Origin: Deltaproteobacteria bacterium
GTDB taxonomy: Bacteria > Myxococcota_A > UBA9160 > SMWR01
Assembly (NCBI GenBank): GCA_032128375.1
Contig: JAQBGU010000246.1
Coordinates: forward strand, 1-64,000
DNA: 64,000 nucleotides
Reading direction: 5' to 3'
Position 1 is the stretch's first letter. Each line of letters opens with the position of its first letter. Made by a program: the position numbers and the translations under genes. Below the pieces are notes generated by a model, which saw nothing but the letters and a program-made list of their open reading frames with translations, had not been told where the DNA came from and ran no database searches. Shown one piece after another: positions 61,322 to 64,000 of this stretch.

Positions 61322-64000
61322 TGGCAGAGCGACTCGTTGCGTGGGCTCTCAGAAGTCGGTTTCTCGTTCTTTCTCTCGCATTTCTTCTCGTCGTTGCCGG
61401 CTTGGAGCACATGCGTCGCCTCCAGATTGACGCAGTTCCCGACGTCACCAACGTGCAGGTTCAGGTGCTTACAACGGCCCCCGCCCTGGCCCCTCTCGAA
61501 GTGGAGCAGCTGGTCACCTTCCCGGTCGAGGCAGCGATGGCGGGCCTCCCGAACCTTGAAGAGATTCGCTCGGTCTCCAAGTTCGGCCTCTCGGCGGTCA
61601 CAGTCGTCTTCACCGAAGGGACCGACATATTCCGCGCTCGGCAGCTTGTTTCGGAACGGCTCAGCGAGGCGCGAGAAAGCGTTCCCGCGAGTTATGGAGT
61701 TCCGGAAATGGGCCCGATTGCGACGGGACTCGGCGAGATATTCCAGTTCGAAGTGCGCGGCGAACCATCTTGCGAAACGGTCGCCGACCGCCCGGATTGC
61801 TATTCCCCGATGGAACTCCGAACCATCCTCGACTGGTTTGTTGCGTACCAGCTAAAAGCCGTCTCCGGCGTTGTAGAGGTGAACACCTTCGGTGGGGAAC
61901 TCAAAACCTACGAAGTGCAGCCAGACCCGTTTGCGCTTCGAAGCCACGACCTGTCGCTCGCCACAATATTCGACGCCCTGGAGAAAAATAATCGGAACGT
62001 GGGCGGCGCCTACATGGTTCGAAACCGAGAACAGGTCGTTATTCGCGGCGAGGGATTACTCAAAGACATCTCGGATATTGAGAATGTGGTCCTTCGCACA
62101 AGTGAAGACGGAACACCTCTCTACATCCGAAATGTGGCGACCGTGGTGCTGGCCCCGTTGGTGCGACAGGGCGTCGTCACGCGAGACGGACAAGGCGAAG
62201 CCGTGCTCGGCATCGTGATGATGCTGATGGGGGAGAACTCAAGAAACGTCGTAGATGGAGTAAAGGCCAAGATCGAGTCCTTCTCGGCCAGTCTGCCCCC
62301 AGGAGTCAGCATCGAGCCCTTCTACGACCGGACTGAGCTTGTGGGCCGCACGATTCGCACTGTGCAGACCAACCTTCTCGAGGGAGGTCTTCTCGTATTG
62401 GCCGTTCTGTTTCTCATGCTCGGGAACCTCCGCGGAGGACTCATCGTTGCCTCGGCAATCCCGCTCTCGATGCTATTCGCGTTTATCGGGATGGTGCAAG
62501 GAGGCGTTTCTGGCAATCTCATGAGCCTCGGCGCTATTGACTTCGGGCTCATCGTCGACGGCTCAGTCGTGATGGTGGAGAACGTCTTTCGACTGATGGC
62601 AGACAAGCAGCGCTCTCGCGTTCCAACGCTCGAAATCGTGCGAGAAGCGGCTGCCGAAGCCGCACGGCCCGTGGCCTTTGCGGTCGGCATCATCATGATT
62701 GTCTACCTGCCGATTTTTACACTGACAGGCGTCGAAGGGAAAATGTTCAAGCCGATGGCGCTCACGGTGCTACTCGCCCTTGGCGGGTCTCTCATTCTGG
62801 CGCTCACCCTGGTGCCGGTGCTCGCGTCGCTGGTTCTTCGGCGCGCCACTTCGCATCAAGAGACTTGGCTCGTTCGAAACATTCGAGGGCTGTATACGCC
62901 ACTTCTCGACCGAGCCCGAGGGCGCCGCATCGCGCTTGTCTCGGGAAGCGCAGCGCTCTTCTTCCTTAGCCTCCTCGCCGCATCGTTGATGGGAACAGAG
63001 TTCATTCCCAAACTGGACGAAGGCGCGATTGCACTTCAGGTTTGGCGACTCCCGTCGGTTTCCGTGGATGAAGCCGCGAAGCAGTCAACGATGCTCGAAG
63101 CGGTACTTCTTCGCGAGTTCGGCGATGAGGTCGAAACAATTGTGTCGAAGACCGGACGCCCGGAAATCGCGACCGACCCGATGGGTGTCGAAATGAGCGA
63201 CGTGTTCGTCATGCTTCGGCCGAAGGAGGAGTGGCGTTACGACTCGAAAACGGAGCTCATCGAGGGAATGGCGGACGTACTCAACAAGTCGGTTCCCGCC
63301 GCAGCCTTCGGATTCTCTCAGCCAATCGAACTTCGCGTGAGTGAGCTCATTTCTGGCGTTCGCTCCGATGTCGCCATCAAAGTATTCGGGGACGACCTCG
63401 ATGAGCTCAGTGAACTCGGCGAAGCCATCGCGAGCGTGATTCGAGGCCTAACCGGCGCCTCCGATGTGAAGCTCGAGCAGGTCTCTGGCCTCCCGATTCT
63501 GACCGCAACGGTCGACCGTCACGCAGTTGCGCGACACGGAGTGGCGGCAGATGACGTGCTCACCGCGATCGAATCATTGGGAGGGCGAGCGGCCGGGGTC
63601 GTGGTGGAGGGCGAGAAACGATTCCGGCTCCAGGTGCGCTTCCCACCGGAAGTCCGAAATGACCCGGATGCAATTGCTCGTATTCCCATCGTTTCTTCGA
63701 CATCTCGGCTCATGCCACTTGGCGAGCTGGTCTCCTTCGACCTCGAGCCCGCCCCGGCGCAGGTCAGCCGTGAGCGAATCCATCGGCGGATTACGGTTGA
63801 AGCGAATGTCAGAGGACGCGACATCGGTTCATTCGTCGCCGATGCGAAGGCGGCGCTCGCGAGGCGAGTCGAGTTTCCGCCCGGCTACACGGTGGAGTGG
63901 GGTGGACAGTTCGAGAATCTCGAGCGCGCTTCGGGGCGGCTCGCGATCGTGGTTCCACTCACGCTCATTCTGATTTTTGTGCTGCTCTACACTGCCTTTG
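61321..64000 (+). CDS. czcA: CzcA/CusA heavy-metal RND efflux transporter, truncated by the window edge and absent from the ORF track
   Basis: Manual translation from GTG 61321: MAERLVAWALRSRF...IDAVPDVTNVQVQV...LEVEQLVTFPVE; later NLMSLGAIDFGLIVDGSVVMVEN and EGKMFKPMA. Confidence 0.93.
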   Translation, partial: MAERLVAWALRSRFLVLSLAFLLVVAGLEHMRRLQIDAVPDVTNVQVQVLTTAPALAPLEVEQLVTFPVEAAMAGLPNLEEIRSVSKFGLSAVTVVFTEGTDIFRARQLVSERLSEARESVPASYGVPEMGPIATGLGEIFQFEVRGEPSCETVADRPDCYSPMELRTILDWFVAYQLKAVSGVVEVNTFGGELKTYEVQPDPFALRSHDLSLATIFDALEKNNRNVGGAYMVRNREQVVIRGEGLLKDISDIENVVLRTSEDGTPLYIRNVATVVLAPLVRQGVVTRDGQGEAVLGIVMMLMGENSRNVVDGVKAKIESFSASLPPGVSIEPFYDRTELVGRTIRTVQTNLLEGGLLVLAVLFLMLGNLRGGLIVASAIPLSMLFAFIGMVQGGVSGNLMSLGAIDFGLIVDGSVVMVENVFRLMADKQRSRVPTLEIVREAAAEAARPVAFAVGIIMIVYLPIFTLTGVEGKMFKPMALTVLLALGGSLILALTLVPVLASLVLRRATSHQETWLVRNIRGLYTPLLDRARGRRIALVSGSAALFFLSLLAASLMGTEFIPKLDEGAIALQVWRLPSVSVDEAAKQSTMLEAVLLREFGDEVETIVSKTGRPEIATDPMGVEMSDVFVMLRPKEEWRYDSKTELIEGMADVLNKSVPAAAFGFSQPIELRVSELISGVRSDVAIKVFGDDLDELSELGEAIASVIRGLTGASDVKLEQVSGLPILTATVDRHAVARHGVAADDVLTAIESLGGRAAGVVVEGEKRFRLQVRFPPEVRNDPDAIARIPIVSSTSRLMPLGELVSFDLEPAPAQVSRERIHRRITVEANVRGRDIGSFVADAKAALARRVEFPPGYTVEWGGQFENLERASGRLAIVVPLTLILIFVLLYTAF

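Overview
High-GC bacterial chromosomal window with about 48 protein-coding genes. I found no rRNA, tRNA, CRISPR array, integrase or transposase. The gene content is mostly lipid/aromatic catabolism and redox (three SDRs, thiolase, GST, flavin hydroxylase, quinohemoprotein ADH, LLM oxidoreductase, MaoC, CoA transferase), metal handling (multicopper oxidase plus Sco-cytochrome c, a Zn/Mn-type uptake operon, czcCBA running off the right edge), envelope genes and housekeeping genes (ABC-F, map, recQ). A Myxococcota/deltaproteobacteria-like origin is only a guess from gene content. The ORF track hides several signals. (1) Two ORF pairs are better read as single selenoprotein genes with an in-frame TGA at a catalytic Cys position: a PrdB/GrdB-like UxxC protein (22424-23344) and an AhpD-like CxxU protein (42812-44020). 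Each TGA is followed by a perfect 7-bp hairpin with the same C-[CGTGN]-G apex, a candidate lineage SECIS. (2) Two small Cys-containing leader ORFs ending in RAPP or HPPR sit directly upstream of the metal uptake and metal efflux operons. (3) There are three decayed gene remnants (amidohydrolase, carotenoid oxygenase, TetR); two keep both termini but have lost the middle. (4) About a dozen short tandem arrays lie at gene boundaries. All family assignments come from recognising motifs by eye, not from database searches.
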